DNA of 64,000 nucleotides from NCBI GenBank assembly GCA_024231025.1, contig JAAEQW010000111.1:11055-75054 (forward strand), in the 5' to 3' direction. The notes beneath the pieces are model-generated. The model searched no databases. It was not told the origin of the DNA and was given only the letters and a program-made list of their open reading frames with translations. The stretch comes from Candidatus Omnitrophota bacterium (GTDB taxonomy: Bacteria; Omnitrophota; Gorgyraeia; Duberdicusellales; 4484-171). Below, in pieces: positions 38,540 to 49,296 of this stretch. A program made the position numbers and the translations under genes. Numbering within the stretch: the stretch's first letter is position 1; each line of letters starts with the position of its first letter.

Positions 38540-39760
38540 TTACTTCATTGCTCCAATTAAACTCCACATTGGTAAAAATATCGCCAGCGCCATGCCCATA
38601 ACAACCGAACCTAAAACAGCAGTCATTATCGGTTCAATCAATGCTGTTAGCCCTCCCATAGCATTTCTTACTTCCATTGTGTAATAGTCGCATAAAGAAT
38701 CAAGCATTGCTGATAGGGCTCCTGCCTTTTCGCCAATCGCAATCATATATCCAACAAGTCGTGGAAATAGCTTGCTAGCTAAAATCCCACCTGATACGCC
38801 CTTTCCGTCAGCAACATCTATCTTGATTCTGTCAATATCCTTTGCTAAAACAACATTACCAATAGTAACTTTAACAATATCAAGGATTTTTAGTATCGGC
38901 AAACCCGCCTGATATAAAACATTAAGCATCGACGCAAATCTAAGCATAACTATTTTATTGTAGACTTTACCAAACACGGGCATATTAAACTTGAAATTAT
39001 CCCATATTTTTCTTCCACCGGGAGTATTGATAAAGAATTTAAGACTAAAAATTATACCGACAAATGACGGAAAAGTAATGAACCAGTAATTTTTAAAACC
39101 TTTACTAACTAAGATCATAACTCTGGTAGGAAGCGGAAGCTCCATTTTCATTCCAATATATATTTTGGTAAACTGAGGCACAACAAATACCGATAAAACA
39201 AAAACAGCTATGAACAAAGCTACAACAACCATAACCGGATATTGTAAAGCCGCCTTGATGCTAGATCTAGTTTCTCGTTCTTCTTCTAGCACTTCAGAGA
39301 GACGCAATAGAATTTTATCTAAAACACCGCCAGCCTCACCAGCGATTACCGTGCTAACATACAAATCACTAAAGACTCCCGGATGTTTTGCCATAGATTC
39401 GGAAAGTTTTGAACCTTCTTCAATGTCATGGATAATTTGATGAAGCGCGCCTTTCAATGCTGCATCTTCGGCCTGCTCGGCTAAAACGCCCAAGCCTTCA
39501 ACAATCGGAACGGCCGCTTTAATAACCGTGGCAAACTGCCGGGTAAACACGATAACTGCCTTCATTGAGGCTTTTTTTACTCTTCCCTTAGTAAACTTAT
39601 CCAGAATTGAAACACCTTTCTCGCCCTTATAGCTTATGCTTACCGGCAAATAACCGAGCTTGGCAATTTGGGTAGAAACATCTGTTTCGTTTGCGGCATC
39701 AAGCGTACCCTTAACCGACTTGCCGCGAGAATCAACTGCTTTGTATGAATATACACCCAT
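38540..39760 (-). CDS. pilC: PilC/GspF/MshG platform protein
   Basis: FTRQFAT, AGEAGG, YP, GEKAG, IEP. Confidence 0.93.
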   Translation of the reverse strand: MGVYSYKAVDSRGKSVKGTLDAANETDVSTQIAKLGYLPVSISYKGEKGVSILDKFTKGRVKKASMKAVIVFTRQFATVIKAAVPIVEGLGVLAEQAEDAALKGALHQIIHDIEEGSKLSESMAKHPGVFSDLYVSTVIAGEAGGVLDKILLRLSEVLEEERETRSSIKAALQYPVMVVVALFIAVFVLSVFVVPQFTKIYIGMKMELPLPTRVMILVSKGFKNYWFITFPSFVGIIFSLKFFINTPGGRKIWDNFKFNMPVFGKVYNKIVMLRFASMLNVLYQAGLPILKILDIVKVTIGNVVLAKDIDRIKIDVADGKGVSGGILASKLFPRLVGYMIAIGEKAGALSAMLDSLCDYYTMEVRNAMGGLTALIEPIMTAVLGSVVMGMALAIFLPMWSLIGAMK

Positions 39761-39764
39761 AAGT

Positions 39765-40601
39765 TTAAGTTAAGCTGAATTCTTTTATTACCGAATCAAC
39801 AAAGTTATTATCTATCTTTTTTGTTTTTTTGGCAAACCCTGAAAGTAAAATCAAATCGCACAAAGTATTAATTCTGCGAGGAATGCCTCCACTATACTTT
39901 GCAATAGATGCTACTACGTCATCGGCTAAGATAGCTACAACATCACTTTCACCATCTCCAACCGCTACCTTTATTCTATGAGCCATATAGGCGCCTACGC
40001 CTTTACCACTTAGAGGATCCAATTGACAACGAATTGGCACGCGTTGTGCCAAAGGTTTTAGCGCATCTACTTTGGCTTTTATTTCGGGTTGACCCAAAAG
40101 AATTAATGTGAGTAAAAACTTGTTTTCTGTTTGAAAATTCAATATTAACCTTAATTGTTCAAAAATTCTGGGATCTTCTATAGTATGCGCTTCATCAATT
40201 ATTACTATATTTTGCCTACCCTCTCGAGCATTATCTAAAAGTATATTATGCATTTTCTCAAGCAAAGGATCAACAAGAATCTCTGATTTTCTATCCGGTA
40301 AATCTTGCGGGCTCAGCGATCGGACTATCGCTCGTATAATCTCTGACGGTTCAGATACAAGAGGATTACTTATGTACGCTGTGCAAAATTTTTGAATCCC
40401 CAAATCTTTTAAAATAACTCTGGCAAGCAATGTCTTGCCGCAACCAAACACACCCGATAAAAGACCAGCACCAAGATTCTGAGCAACCACATAGGTAAGT
40501 TTCATCAGAGCATCCTCGTGTTGCGAAGAGAGATAAAGATACTTTGGATCCGGCGTATTTTGAAAAGGTTTCTCTTTTAAGCTCCAATATTGTTCATACA
40601 T
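39765..40601 (-). CDS. ExeA/GspA/MshM-like AAA ATPase
   Basis: PFQNTPDP, GVFGCGKT, IIDEAH, LLGQPE, GGIPRRINTLCD. Confidence 0.92.
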   Translation of the reverse strand: MYEQYWSLKEKPFQNTPDPKYLYLSSQHEDALMKLTYVVAQNLGAGLLSGVFGCGKTLLARVILKDLGIQKFCTAYISNPLVSEPSEIIRAIVRSLSPQDLPDRKSEILVDPLLEKMHNILLDNAREGRQNIVIIDEAHTIEDPRIFEQLRLILNFQTENKFLLTLILLGQPEIKAKVDALKPLAQRVPIRCQLDPLSGKGVGAYMAHRIKVAVGDGESDVVAILADDVVASIAKYSGGIPRRINTLCDLILLSGFAKKTKKIDNNFVDSVIKEFSLT

Positions 40602-40620
40602 AGATTTCTCTCATACTTAG

Positions 40621-40740
40621 ATTAACCAAAAAACGAAAAACCATAATTCAAAATTCAAAATTTCTTTCCGGAATAAAGAATTCATTTACTTTTAAATTTT
40701 ACGCTATGGTTTTACGCTTTGCGCTTTTAGTTTTTCATTA
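40621..40740. repeat. Low-complexity 7-mer-like repeat tract in the intergenic region
   Basis: TCAAAATTCAAAATT...TTTTACGCT...TTTGCGCTTTTAGTTTT; a similar string lies at 49141-49157. Confidence 0.45.
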
Positions 40741-40762
40741 GGCTGCCACTTATCACTTGTTT

Positions 40763-42574
40763 CTATTTATTACTTAACCACCGCGTAATGCGAGACTGAT
40801 ATTCACCAAGCGACTCCTTATCAACCTTAACTTCTTTGGGCGTACTCAAACCATCCAACACCGGACCTTTTATGCTAACATAAGGCTGAACTTCCTCAAC
40901 CTTTGCTTGTTCTGGTTTCAATTCAACCTGCTCCTCGCAAACTCTAGCGACTTCTTCAAAGGTGGTAATTCCTTTCAAAATCTTTGCTCGCCCATCTTCA
41001 AATAAAAGCGTCATCCCCATCTCTTGCGCTTTTTTGCGAAGAGCAACCGGAGATGTTCCAGAATTTATCATTTCTTTCATTTCGTCATTAAGCACCATTA
41101 ATTCATACAAACCACTTCGCCCCTTGTAGCCGGTTCCTTTACAATCTGGGCACCCTTTCCCCCTATATGCAACCAAACCTTCTTTTTCCTCTATTCCCCA
41201 CTTCTTCAAAGTAGCCTTTGAAGGTTCATATTCTTCCTTACATTTAGAACAAATAACTCTTATAAGACGTTGAGCCATTATCCCAATTATTGATGCCGCA
41301 ACCAAAAAATTTTCTACGCCCATGTCTACAAGACGAGCTACTGATCCAGCTGAATCATTAGTGTGTAAGGTAGAGAACACCAAGTGCCCAGTAAGCGCAG
41401 CCTGTACTGCCATGCGAGCAGTTTCCAAGTCACGAATTTCACCGACCATGATTACATCAGGATCCTGTCGCAGAATAGCACGCAAGCCATTGGCAAAAGT
41501 AATTCCTGCTTTGGGATTAACTTGGACTTGCCTAATCAAACCTAATCTATATTCAACGGGATCTTCTAGGGTAATGATATTTCTGTCAAGTGTGTTAATC
41601 CTTGTTAAAGCCGAATAAAGCGTTGTTGTTTTCCCTGATCCAGTCGGACCAGTTGAAAGAATAATCCCGTGAGGCTTTGATATCAATTCTTCATATCTTT
41701 GCAAATCTTCATAAGTTGTAAAACCTAAGCGCTCAAGACCAATACTAACTGATGCAGTGTCAAGCAAACGCATAACAACGTTTTCTCCATGTATAGTAGG
41801 TAAGGTTGAGACACGAAAATCAATAACCTTATCCCCGATCTTCGATTGAAAATGCCCATCCTGGGGAGAACGAGACTCCGCGATATCCATTCCGCATAAA
41901 ACCTTAACCCTTGATATTATAGCTGATTCCCAATCTTTAGGTGGAGAGGGAATTTCATGCAAAACGCCATCAATACGAAATCTTATTCTGGTCATGTCTT
42001 CCTCTGGCTCGATATGAATATCTGATGCCCGATCGTGCGCCGCTTGAGCAATTACTAAATCAACTATTTTTACAATTGATGTAGTTTCACTCAAAGACTT
42101 ACCCTCTTCGGCAGCTTCTTTCAATTCACTAAATATGTCTCCGCCCTCTTTTTTATAAACCCTGTCAAGAGCCGCTTCAATATCAGTCGGGGCAGCCAAA
42201 TAAACTTCTATTGGGTAATTCGTAAATAGTTGTACTTGGTCAATTAATGAGACGTCGGCCGGATCTTGCATCGCAATGTGCAAAACTTCATCCTTAATAA
42301 AAATAGGCATTGATTGCGTGGAACGAGCCAGATCTTCCGGATAAATTTTTAGCAAATCTTCGGCAATTTCCAACTCCTCCAAATCCTTATATTTTACATT
42401 AAGTTTTTCAGATATAAGTTGGTAAAAAGCACTTTTGTCTAAAATATGCATGTCTAGAATCACAGCGTCAAGTGGACGATTCAACTTTTGCTGCTCTTCT
42501 AATGCCTTATCAAGCTCATCGGAAGTAACCAAATTTGAATTCAAAAGTAATTCTTTTAATTCTTCTTCTTGCAT
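40763..42574 (-). CDS. pilB: Pilus extension ATPase PilB/GspE/MshE with a degenerate MshEN domain
   Basis: ASDIHIEP, GPTGSGKTTT, EDPVEY, LRQDPDVIMVGEIRD, TGHLV, CxxC...GCPDC. Confidence 0.95.
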   Translation of the reverse strand: MQEEELKELLLNSNLVTSDELDKALEEQQKLNRPLDAVILDMHILDKSAFYQLISEKLNVKYKDLEELEIAEDLLKIYPEDLARSTQSMPIFIKDEVLHIAMQDPADVSLIDQVQLFTNYPIEVYLAAPTDIEAALDRVYKKEGGDIFSELKEAAEEGKSLSETTSIVKIVDLVIAQAAHDRASDIHIEPEEDMTRIRFRIDGVLHEIPSPPKDWESAIISRVKVLCGMDIAESRSPQDGHFQSKIGDKVIDFRVSTLPTIHGENVVMRLLDTASVSIGLERLGFTTYEDLQRYEELISKPHGIILSTGPTGSGKTTTLYSALTRINTLDRNIITLEDPVEYRLGLIRQVQVNPKAGITFANGLRAILRQDPDVIMVGEIRDLETARMAVQAALTGHLVFSTLHTNDSAGSVARLVDMGVENFLVAASIIGIMAQRLIRVICSKCKEEYEPSKATLKKWGIEEKEGLVAYRGKGCPDCKGTGYKGRSGLYELMVLNDEMKEMINSGTSPVALRKKAQEMGMTLLFEDGRAKILKGITTFEEVARVCEEQVELKPEQAKVEEVQPYVSIKGPVLDGLSTPKEVKVDKESLGEYQSRITRWLSNK

Positions 42575-42597
42575 ATGCTTAATAAATTAAAATACTA

Positions 42598-42650
42598 ATT
42601 CACCCCGTCAGGTACACAGCCTATATAATAGTGTATCTAGCGGGGTGAAT
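42598..42650. repeat. Imperfect palindrome (REP-like)
   Basis: ATTCACCCCG...TACAC...GTGTA...CGGGGTGAAT. Confidence 0.8.
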
Positions 42651-42664
42651 CAATACTCTTTAAT

Positions 42665-43315
42665 CTAGTCAATGTGTTGGTTTTCGATGCCGTCAATCCA
42701 ACTCTGTACAACTTTTCTTTGCCTTTTAGCTGAACTATACTTTACGTATTTCTTATAGCACTTTACGGCATTTCTGCGGTCATTAATATAATTCTCATAA
42801 ATAACCCCTAGGTTGTAGTAACTATCGGCATCCTTTTTTCTATGTAAAACAACTTTTTTAAACTCTTCTGCTGCTTGATTATATTCTTTTAGACGCAAGT
42901 GAAGCACCCCTAGATTGTAATGTATGAAGTGATTTTTTGGGTATTTTTCCAAAGCTTGTTCATAAAATCTTTTAGCATTTTTAAAATCTTCATTATAATA
43001 GGCTTCCTTAGCCCTCTCTAAAGGATTATCCACAACGCTAGTTACTGCAGGGATAATCACCCCTTCCGAAGGGACATCGACTCTAGACACTTGCGTATGT
43101 GGTTTGACATCTACATCTTTAAGTATTTTTTGCGCCTGCATAAAAGCCTTATTAGCCTCTTCGTATTCATCATTACGTAAAAATTCTTTTCCCTTCAAAT
43201 AATAATCTTCCGCGGTATTTATACTAACGCCATAGTCGGAGGTTTGAGCAAGCGCGACAAAACAAATCGCGCTACACACAAAACTAAGGAGATATTTCTT
43301 TAGTTTATTCTTCAT
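42665..43315 (-). CDS. Exported TPR protein (MshN/PilF-like position)
   Basis: Signal peptide; HYNLGV and YYNLGVIY TPR motifs. Confidence 0.8.
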   Translation of the reverse strand: MKNKLKKYLLSFVCSAICFVALAQTSDYGVSINTAEDYYLKGKEFLRNDEYEEANKAFMQAQKILKDVDVKPHTQVSRVDVPSEGVIIPAVTSVVDNPLERAKEAYYNEDFKNAKRFYEQALEKYPKNHFIHYNLGVLHLRLKEYNQAAEEFKKVVLHRKKDADSYYNLGVIYENYINDRRNAVKCYKKYVKYSSAKRQRKVVQSWIDGIENQHID

Positions 43316-44672
43316 TTTCTATCTCTACAGAATCAATGTTCACCTTAACAGCTTTTTCTGTCGGAACTACAGTGCTGGGGGTTGCGTTTTCATTAAAAAC
43401 ACGCGATGCATTTATCATAGATTCACGAAACTGCGAATTAGCTTCATTTATCCTTATAATCTCACGCCTAAGAGAGTCGAATGCAGCTTCTTTACTGATT
43501 AGATCTTCCTTAAACCTAGCATTTTCTAATCTTATTTGAACCATATCGTTACGCAAAACCGCCAATTCTCTTAATTGATCCTTTAATTTAACAGTTAACG
43601 CAATAGTTGATTGCTCTTTTTCCTCTAAAACATCTTGTAAGGTTATTATCGTATTGGCTCTTTTAGATAACTTTTTTTCGTAATCGACGATTATCTCTCT
43701 TGTTTCTAAATATTTGGTGTTTGCTTCTTGATAATCTCTACTCAAAGCAGCAATTTGCTTTTCTGTTGAGGCAATTTTTGCATCTTTACTTTTTACGTTT
43801 TGCAAAACTTGCGCTAACTGCTCACCGAGACTCTTTTTATTTTCGAAAAGTTCCTTTTCTTGCTCCACCAAAGAACCAAGCTTTTCTTGTAATTGAGCTG
43901 TTTCTTTCTCATAAGAAGCAAGCTGTAAACTCACGTCATCTCTTTGAGCCTGCAAAGCTGAGATCTGCTCTTTAGAAGCAGCAGCCTCTTTCCCTGCTGC
44001 CTGCTGAACAGAAGACAACGTCTGTTTCTCTCCCTCAAGAGAAACCACCTTTTCTTGCAATGCCGTGATACTTTCTTGAACCTGGCTCAAACGTGCAGTT
44101 AATGTTTCATTTTGACGAAGTGCAGCGTCAAGTTGGCGGCTTTTCTCTTGCAATCGTTTTTCACTCTGTTTTATTCTTTCACGGTATAAAGGCTCATTCT
44201 TAACTAATTTTGTTACGCTGAAATCTAAAGAATTCACTTCTTCATATATCGAACGCAAAAGCGCATCAAGCTCTTCTCTACGCATCGAATCAATGTCCAC
44301 CTTATCTAAGGCAATTACAATGCTTTTGATTTTATTCTTTATAGGAAGCATCGTATCAGAATTAATTTTTAAATCGGATATCTCTTGGCTTAACACAATT
44401 ATTTGCTCTTTCGCTTTTAAGCTCTCGCTTTTTAAAGACTCGTTTTCAACTTCCATTCCTTTAACGATTTTTACCAAATTGGCGCTGCTTTTACGCGAAT
44501 CTTTAGCCACACCTATCGACTTAGACACAAGTTTGCCCATTTTTTCTAACTGGAACTTATAGTCCTGCACCGCCAAATTAGCTGTTTTAGAACTATGGAA
44601 AAAATTAACCGCTACAAGAAATAAAAACACAATTATTACTTCAACAAAAATGATAACTATTTTTTTACTCAT
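43305..44672 (-). CDS. Membrane-anchored long coiled-coil protein
   Basis: N-terminal TM followed by ~400 aa of E/K/Q/L heptads. Confidence 0.75.
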   Translation of the reverse strand: MSKKIVIIFVEVIIVFLFLVAVNFFHSSKTANLAVQDYKFQLEKMGKLVSKSIGVAKDSRKSSANLVKIVKGMEVENESLKSESLKAKEQIIVLSQEISDLKINSDTMLPIKNKIKSIVIALDKVDIDSMRREELDALLRSIYEEVNSLDFSVTKLVKNEPLYRERIKQSEKRLQEKSRQLDAALRQNETLTARLSQVQESITALQEKVVSLEGEKQTLSSVQQAAGKEAAASKEQISALQAQRDDVSLQLASYEKETAQLQEKLGSLVEQEKELFENKKSLGEQLAQVLQNVKSKDAKIASTEKQIAALSRDYQEANTKYLETREIIVDYEKKLSKRANTIITLQDVLEEKEQSTIALTVKLKDQLRELAVLRNDMVQIRLENARFKEDLISKEAAFDSLRREIIRINEANSQFRESMINASRVFNENATPSTVVPTEKAVKVNIDSVEIENEE

Positions 44673-46108
44673 TTCTTTTTCCTTGTTTTGATTGCTTTCA
44701 AATCCAACTTAAACGGTCTACTCGGTGAAAGTTTTATGCCGGTTGTGTGGCCAATTAGCCCTTCGTCGGTATCTTCTAAAATTTTGGCTGTTACAAAAAT
44801 AAGTAATTCTTTTTGTTCATTTGGATTGGTATTTCTATGAGAAAACATCTTCCCAACAAAAGGTATACTGCCTAAAAAAGGTACCTTCTTGATAAGCTCT
44901 GTTTTTTTGGCTTCTATCAACCCACCAATAACAATCGTCTGACCGTCCTTTATAATAACCTCTGTTTGAGCAATGCGTTTGCTAACAATATGAATATTTG
45001 TTGCTGCATCGACTTCATCAGCAGACGAGACTTCAGGTTGTAACTTTAATTTTATGTGTCGATCAGGCGTAACGTGAGGCGTTACGGTTAAAATTATACC
45101 TACGTCTTCGGCCGCATAAGAGTAATTCGTGATGCCGGTATCTGAGTCGGTCTCTTCTTCAGTGCGCACACGACGCGTTTCGCCAATCTGAATTCTTGCT
45201 TCTTTATTGTCTACGGTAACTATTCGTGGCGAGGAGATAACTTTGGCATCTTCTTCTGTTCTCAAAAAATCTAATGCCATCTGAAGCTGAGTAAAATCCA
45301 ACGTGCCAAACCCAAAATCATCGGACTCCGCATACGGAAAACCATAAGCATTAGGAAAACTGCCAGGTACATCGGAAGATACAACCCCAGGAAATATGCT
45401 TTTATAAGTTTCGTCACTGCCATCCGCTCGAAACGGCACAGTAGTTTTTCTTGACGCGCCGTTCATCGTAATATTGGGCTGGCTTGATGTTTTAGGGCTC
45501 CAATCGACACCTAGCTTCTCGGTAACGCCGGCGGTTGCCTCAATAAACCTGGCTTCAATTAAAACCTGAGGGGTTCTTCGATCTAAATCGCGTTTCAACA
45601 TGCCATCGATCTCATTGATCACGCGCGGAATATCAGTAACAATTAAAGAATTTGAACGCGCGTCAACCTCAATCGATCCATCACTAGACAAAACCCTCTG
45701 CAGGCTATCTTTCAACGATGCCGCATCAGCATTATTAAGTCGAAACACTTGAGTTTGCTTGCCTTCTTGCTCGGCCTCTTCAGCGGTAGTGACTTTAATT
45801 ACGTTCTCTTTTTTTGTATAAACAAATCCATTTATGGAAATAATTGCGTCTAACGCCTCATCAACTGTCACATCGTGCAATTGAACCGTAACCATGCCCC
45901 CAACCGATTCAGAAAACACAATGTTCAAATTATACTGCTTAGTCAGCTGACGCAACACGTCTTTTATGTCAACTTCACGAAATTCAAGATACTCTATGCG
46001 GTTAGTCTCTTCATTAAGCTCACCAACAGTATCCGCACAAAGCCCAATAGGCAAAACTCGCGTTGTTAAAAGTATAAAAATGATGATAAATTTTTTCATC
46101 TGATACAT
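44669..46108 (-). CDS. pilQ: Secretin (PilQ/GspD family)
   Basis: DARSNSLIV, PQVLIEARF, SSPRIVT, GQTIVIGGLI, KVPFLGSIP, ELLIFVT. Confidence 0.93.
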   Translation of the reverse strand: MYQMKKFIIIFILLTTRVLPIGLCADTVGELNEETNRIEYLEFREVDIKDVLRQLTKQYNLNIVFSESVGGMVTVQLHDVTVDEALDAIISINGFVYTKKENVIKVTTAEEAEQEGKQTQVFRLNNADAASLKDSLQRVLSSDGSIEVDARSNSLIVTDIPRVINEIDGMLKRDLDRRTPQVLIEARFIEATAGVTEKLGVDWSPKTSSQPNITMNGASRKTTVPFRADGSDETYKSIFPGVVSSDVPGSFPNAYGFPYAESDDFGFGTLDFTQLQMALDFLRTEEDAKVISSPRIVTVDNKEARIQIGETRRVRTEEETDSDTGITNYSYAAEDVGIILTVTPHVTPDRHIKLKLQPEVSSADEVDAATNIHIVSKRIAQTEVIIKDGQTIVIGGLIEAKKTELIKKVPFLGSIPFVGKMFSHRNTNPNEQKELLIFVTAKILEDTDEGLIGHTTGIKLSPSRPFKLDLKAIKTRKKK

Positions 46109-46147
46109 TATAACCCAAAAAAACTGTTAGTAAAACATCTTTTGCTG

Positions 46148-46630
46148 TTACTCATCCTGCGGCAAAACCAAATAAAAACTCTCCGCCCCCCTCTTGAGGA
46201 GTACCTTATTTTTTTCTACTTCATCTACTTTATAACCGAAAACAAAGTTACCGACTGTAACTATTTCATTATTTATTATAGCATACCCTCTTCCCTTTTG
46301 GTCAATTGACACGCCTTTGAGGGTTAGGCTTGAGCCATGATAAACATCTTTATTGATTTTGTGATAGAACGGATCCATACCCCACTCGAGCCCCGCTCGT
46401 TCATGCTGTTTTCTAATCTCATCAGGGCTGGCCCTAACAAAAGTTGATTGGCTAGATGTTGCTGTTTTAGATTTAACAGCTGGAGGAAGATTTATTCCGC
46501 CAGTCGAAGTAGCCACCGCAGAGCGTGATTTTTTTTTCTTTTTCTTAGGTGCAAGATTATTAATCACGACTACAATCAACACCAACACCAAGGCACCCAC
46601 TATAATCATTTGTTTTTTTTGTTTGTCCAT
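46148..46630 (-). CDS. PilP/MshK/GspC-like protein
   Basis: TM, WGMDPF, L.G....AIINN.IV..G; located between pilO and the secretin. Confidence 0.65.
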   Translation of the reverse strand: MDKQKKQMIIVGALVLVLIVVVINNLAPKKKKKKSRSAVATSTGGINLPPAVKSKTATSSQSTFVRASPDEIRKQHERAGLEWGMDPFYHKINKDVYHGSSLTLKGVSIDQKGRGYAIINNEIVTVGNFVFGYKVDEVEKNKVLLKRGAESFYLVLPQDE

Positions 46631-46631
46631 A

Positions 46632-47228
46632 TCAATGCCAAACTGTGTAACTGCTTATGAGCAAAGTAGCAACTAATTTGCCCGCTAGCTCATCACCATC
46701 TTTTACCAAATCTCTATTACTCATCTGTTCAAATTTATGAATAGTTATGCCCTCTATAGTAAAAACAATCGGCAGCTCTTTTAGTGCTTTTAAAAAATCA
46801 CCTAAAGTTTTATACGGCGCCTTAAGAACCACCTCGATATATGCCTTGCTAACACCTTGAGGTAGCTTGCGTTCATCAAAGCTGGCTTCCTCCAACGGTC
46901 TTATCGAAATTATTTCCATGCTTAATTCACTACTTTTTTTCGTTAATTGCTGAATAATACGCGGGAGCTCTTTGCCCGAAACCGACTTTTTCTTAAGTTC
47001 CTCCATCTTATCAATCATTTCTTTTGACTTTTTTTTCGGATTTGGATATTCTCTTATTAGTTTTTCCGATACGTCCAATTTATCTTGGGCATCTTCCATT
47101 CTTTTTCTTGCCTGATCAAGGGGTTTAAAAACTATCTGACGAGCAACAATGTGCAAAACAATAAAGATTAAGATGCCTATCGCTATTTTTATGCCGACTT
47201 TAACCGTTTTGTCTCTTGTTGAAATCAC
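46632..47228 (-). CDS. pilO: PilO-like protein
   Basis: TM, coiled coil, ISIRP, Y..LG.FL..L.ELP. Confidence 0.8.
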   Translation of the reverse strand: MISTRDKTVKVGIKIAIGILIFIVLHIVARQIVFKPLDQARKRMEDAQDKLDVSEKLIREYPNPKKKSKEMIDKMEELKKKSVSGKELPRIIQQLTKKSSELSMEIISIRPLEEASFDERKLPQGVSKAYIEVVLKAPYKTLGDFLKALKELPIVFTIEGITIHKFEQMSNRDLVKDGDELAGKLVATLLISSYTVWH

Positions 47229-47267
47229 AAAGCTCCTTAAATTACTATCAAAATTTTATCAAGCGAA

Positions 47268-47295
47268 GTCCACCATAGCCTTGGCGAAGGCGGAT
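47268..47295. repeat. REP-like imperfect hairpin
   Basis: GTCCACC-ATAGCCTTGGCGAA-GGCGGAT, GC-rich in an AT-rich spacer. Confidence 0.5.
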
Positions 47296-47297
47296 AA

Positions 47298-49049
47298 TCA
47301 TATTTTTAAGTCACACATTATCTCAAAAAGTGCTTTCGGCACCGGTGAATAAATATCTCTTTCACTAGAAACAAGTTTAACATCAGAAAAATATGGCGAC
47401 TCACTCATGTTTAACGTATACTGCGATATTGCCAAATCAAGATTGGTGTACTCACTAACAACTTCTCCAATTATTGTTAGTTGCCGAGGTAATTTGCCGG
47501 CTACAACTTCAAATCGATGCAAAACAACTTCTTGAGGTGTGATATTGCTTAATTCTTTTAAAACTCCTCCCCATAACGGCTGCTTTCCAATAGCTTTCGC
47601 AAGCAACGCTTCTCTCTCTTCAAGTTTCCTTTTGATTTCCAAATAATCGTTTACATCTTTTACTATCGGCGAATATTGCCCAATTTGTGACTGGGCACGA
47701 GTTTCTATTGTTTTGTATATGAGTCCTCGAGCGTAAGAAAAACTGTAAAAACCTAAGGCGCTAATCAGTACTATCGGAAAAGTAAGACGCACCAGAAACA
47801 TTACAAACAATGCTTTCTGCTCTATTTTCTCTCGAGGAGGAACAAGATTAATCGCGCCACCGTTATCAATACAAAGGCCAAAAGCAACGGCTAAATGCGG
47901 TGCCGCCTCTTCCATTACTAACTCTTGGCGAAATACCCCAACATCGCGCCATCCTCTAATTGCCTTTAAAGAATCTAGCCTTTCCACAGTTTTTATAGAC
48001 AAATTACCCAGATTAGCCAACAAAAACTTATCGATATTTTTGATTCGCGAAGCACCGCCAGTCAAATAAAGCGCATCTAGTGAGTCTATTTTGTAAGTTC
48101 GAAAATAGAAAGTAGTTGTCCGTGAAATTTCGGTTACCAATCTTTCAAGAACCGGACGCAAGGCTGTTGTTATCTGGTTGCCCTTAATCGCTCCGTAATC
48201 AGTGTAGAATTCAGCATCTGCCTCCTCTTGCATGGGAACACCACATTGTCGCTTAAAAGCTTCTGCGTCTTCAAAGGCAACGTCCGCACCCAATGGCGTT
48301 AAAGCTTTTAGTATTCCTTGGGTAAGATGCTCACCGCCTACAGGAATATCGCGGGCAAATTGCAAAGCAGCTGTTTTATAAAAATGCAAATAGCTCTGCT
48401 TGGATCCCATGTCTAAAACAGCCACGCGCTCAAGGCCCTCGGCAGAGTGCATTAAATTGCCTAAAGCATCTGCGCCAGTGTTTATAACAACCGGACGAAG
48501 ATTAAAACTTTTTAAAAAATCTAGATACTTATCTAAAGCGCTGTTATCCACTGCAATGCAAGTAACCATAATCGAAGGCGGTTCATCGTCAAAACGATCG
48601 GTAACAAAATAATTGAAAGACATGTTCTTGAAGTCTAATTGAAACGGAAGGCGCTTCTTTAACTCTATACCAACAGTGCCTCTTAAATCTTTTTCGGAAA
48701 GTGGTGGAAGACTAAAAGAAAAAGTAAATATTCCGCTTCCTTTTATAGCTAGCCTTCCCAAAGAAGTTTTAATCTTTGACTGAGCGATAAATTCATTTAT
48801 AAACTCTTTGATGAATCGATTCTTTTCCTTGGGATTATTTTTCAGCTTAAACGGTATGGCCCGAACGCGATAGTCAGTAAGAAGATACCCCCCGCGCGAT
48901 CTTTGAAGCTGAACGATTTTTATATAGCCTTCACCAGCATCAATACCAATCGTGTTCTGTGTGGCAAGAACAGAATTTTTGATCGCAGAGAAAAATTCTC
49001 TAATGTCGAATTTGTTTTTTTGAGTTGTTAAATCTACACCCATAATCAA
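47298..49049 (-). CDS. pilM: PilM-PilN fusion
   Basis: GIDAGEGYIK, LDMG, LTGGA, then INLVP + TM + LKELSNITP. Confidence 0.88.
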   Translation of the reverse strand: MIMGVDLTTQKNKFDIREFFSAIKNSVLATQNTIGIDAGEGYIKIVQLQRSRGGYLLTDYRVRAIPFKLKNNPKEKNRFIKEFINEFIAQSKIKTSLGRLAIKGSGIFTFSFSLPPLSEKDLRGTVGIELKKRLPFQLDFKNMSFNYFVTDRFDDEPPSIMVTCIAVDNSALDKYLDFLKSFNLRPVVINTGADALGNLMHSAEGLERVAVLDMGSKQSYLHFYKTAALQFARDIPVGGEHLTQGILKALTPLGADVAFEDAEAFKRQCGVPMQEEADAEFYTDYGAIKGNQITTALRPVLERLVTEISRTTTFYFRTYKIDSLDALYLTGGASRIKNIDKFLLANLGNLSIKTVERLDSLKAIRGWRDVGVFRQELVMEEAAPHLAVAFGLCIDNGGAINLVPPREKIEQKALFVMFLVRLTFPIVLISALGFYSFSYARGLIYKTIETRAQSQIGQYSPIVKDVNDYLEIKRKLEEREALLAKAIGKQPLWGGVLKELSNITPQEVVLHRFEVVAGKLPRQLTIIGEVVSEYTNLDLAISQYTLNMSESPYFSDVKLVSSERDIYSPVPKALFEIMCDLKI

Positions 49050-49241
49050 TTAGTCATAAGTCGTAAGTCATAAGCCTGCCCGTCCGACAGATATTAAGTC
49101 ACAGAAATCGAAAAAACTTATAGCCTACAACTAGCTTCGCTTTGCGTTTTTAGTTTTAGGCTTAACGCCAAAATGTTTTGTTAACGCGCGCGCAAATTAC
49201 AGACCTATCCCATTCATATATTGCCGAAGAATAACAAGAAA

Positions 49242-49288
49242 ACGCAATATATGGCACCAAAATTATCGCCATACCCAAAATATTGTGT
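49242..49288. promoter_or_regulatory. Tandem NrdR-box-like operators
   Basis: ACGCAATATATGGCAC (49242) and ACCCAAAATATTGTGT (49273), 31 bp apart; 11/16 and 14/16 matches to acaCwAtATaTwGtgt. Confidence 0.5.
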
Positions 49289-49296
49289 CTCCTTAA

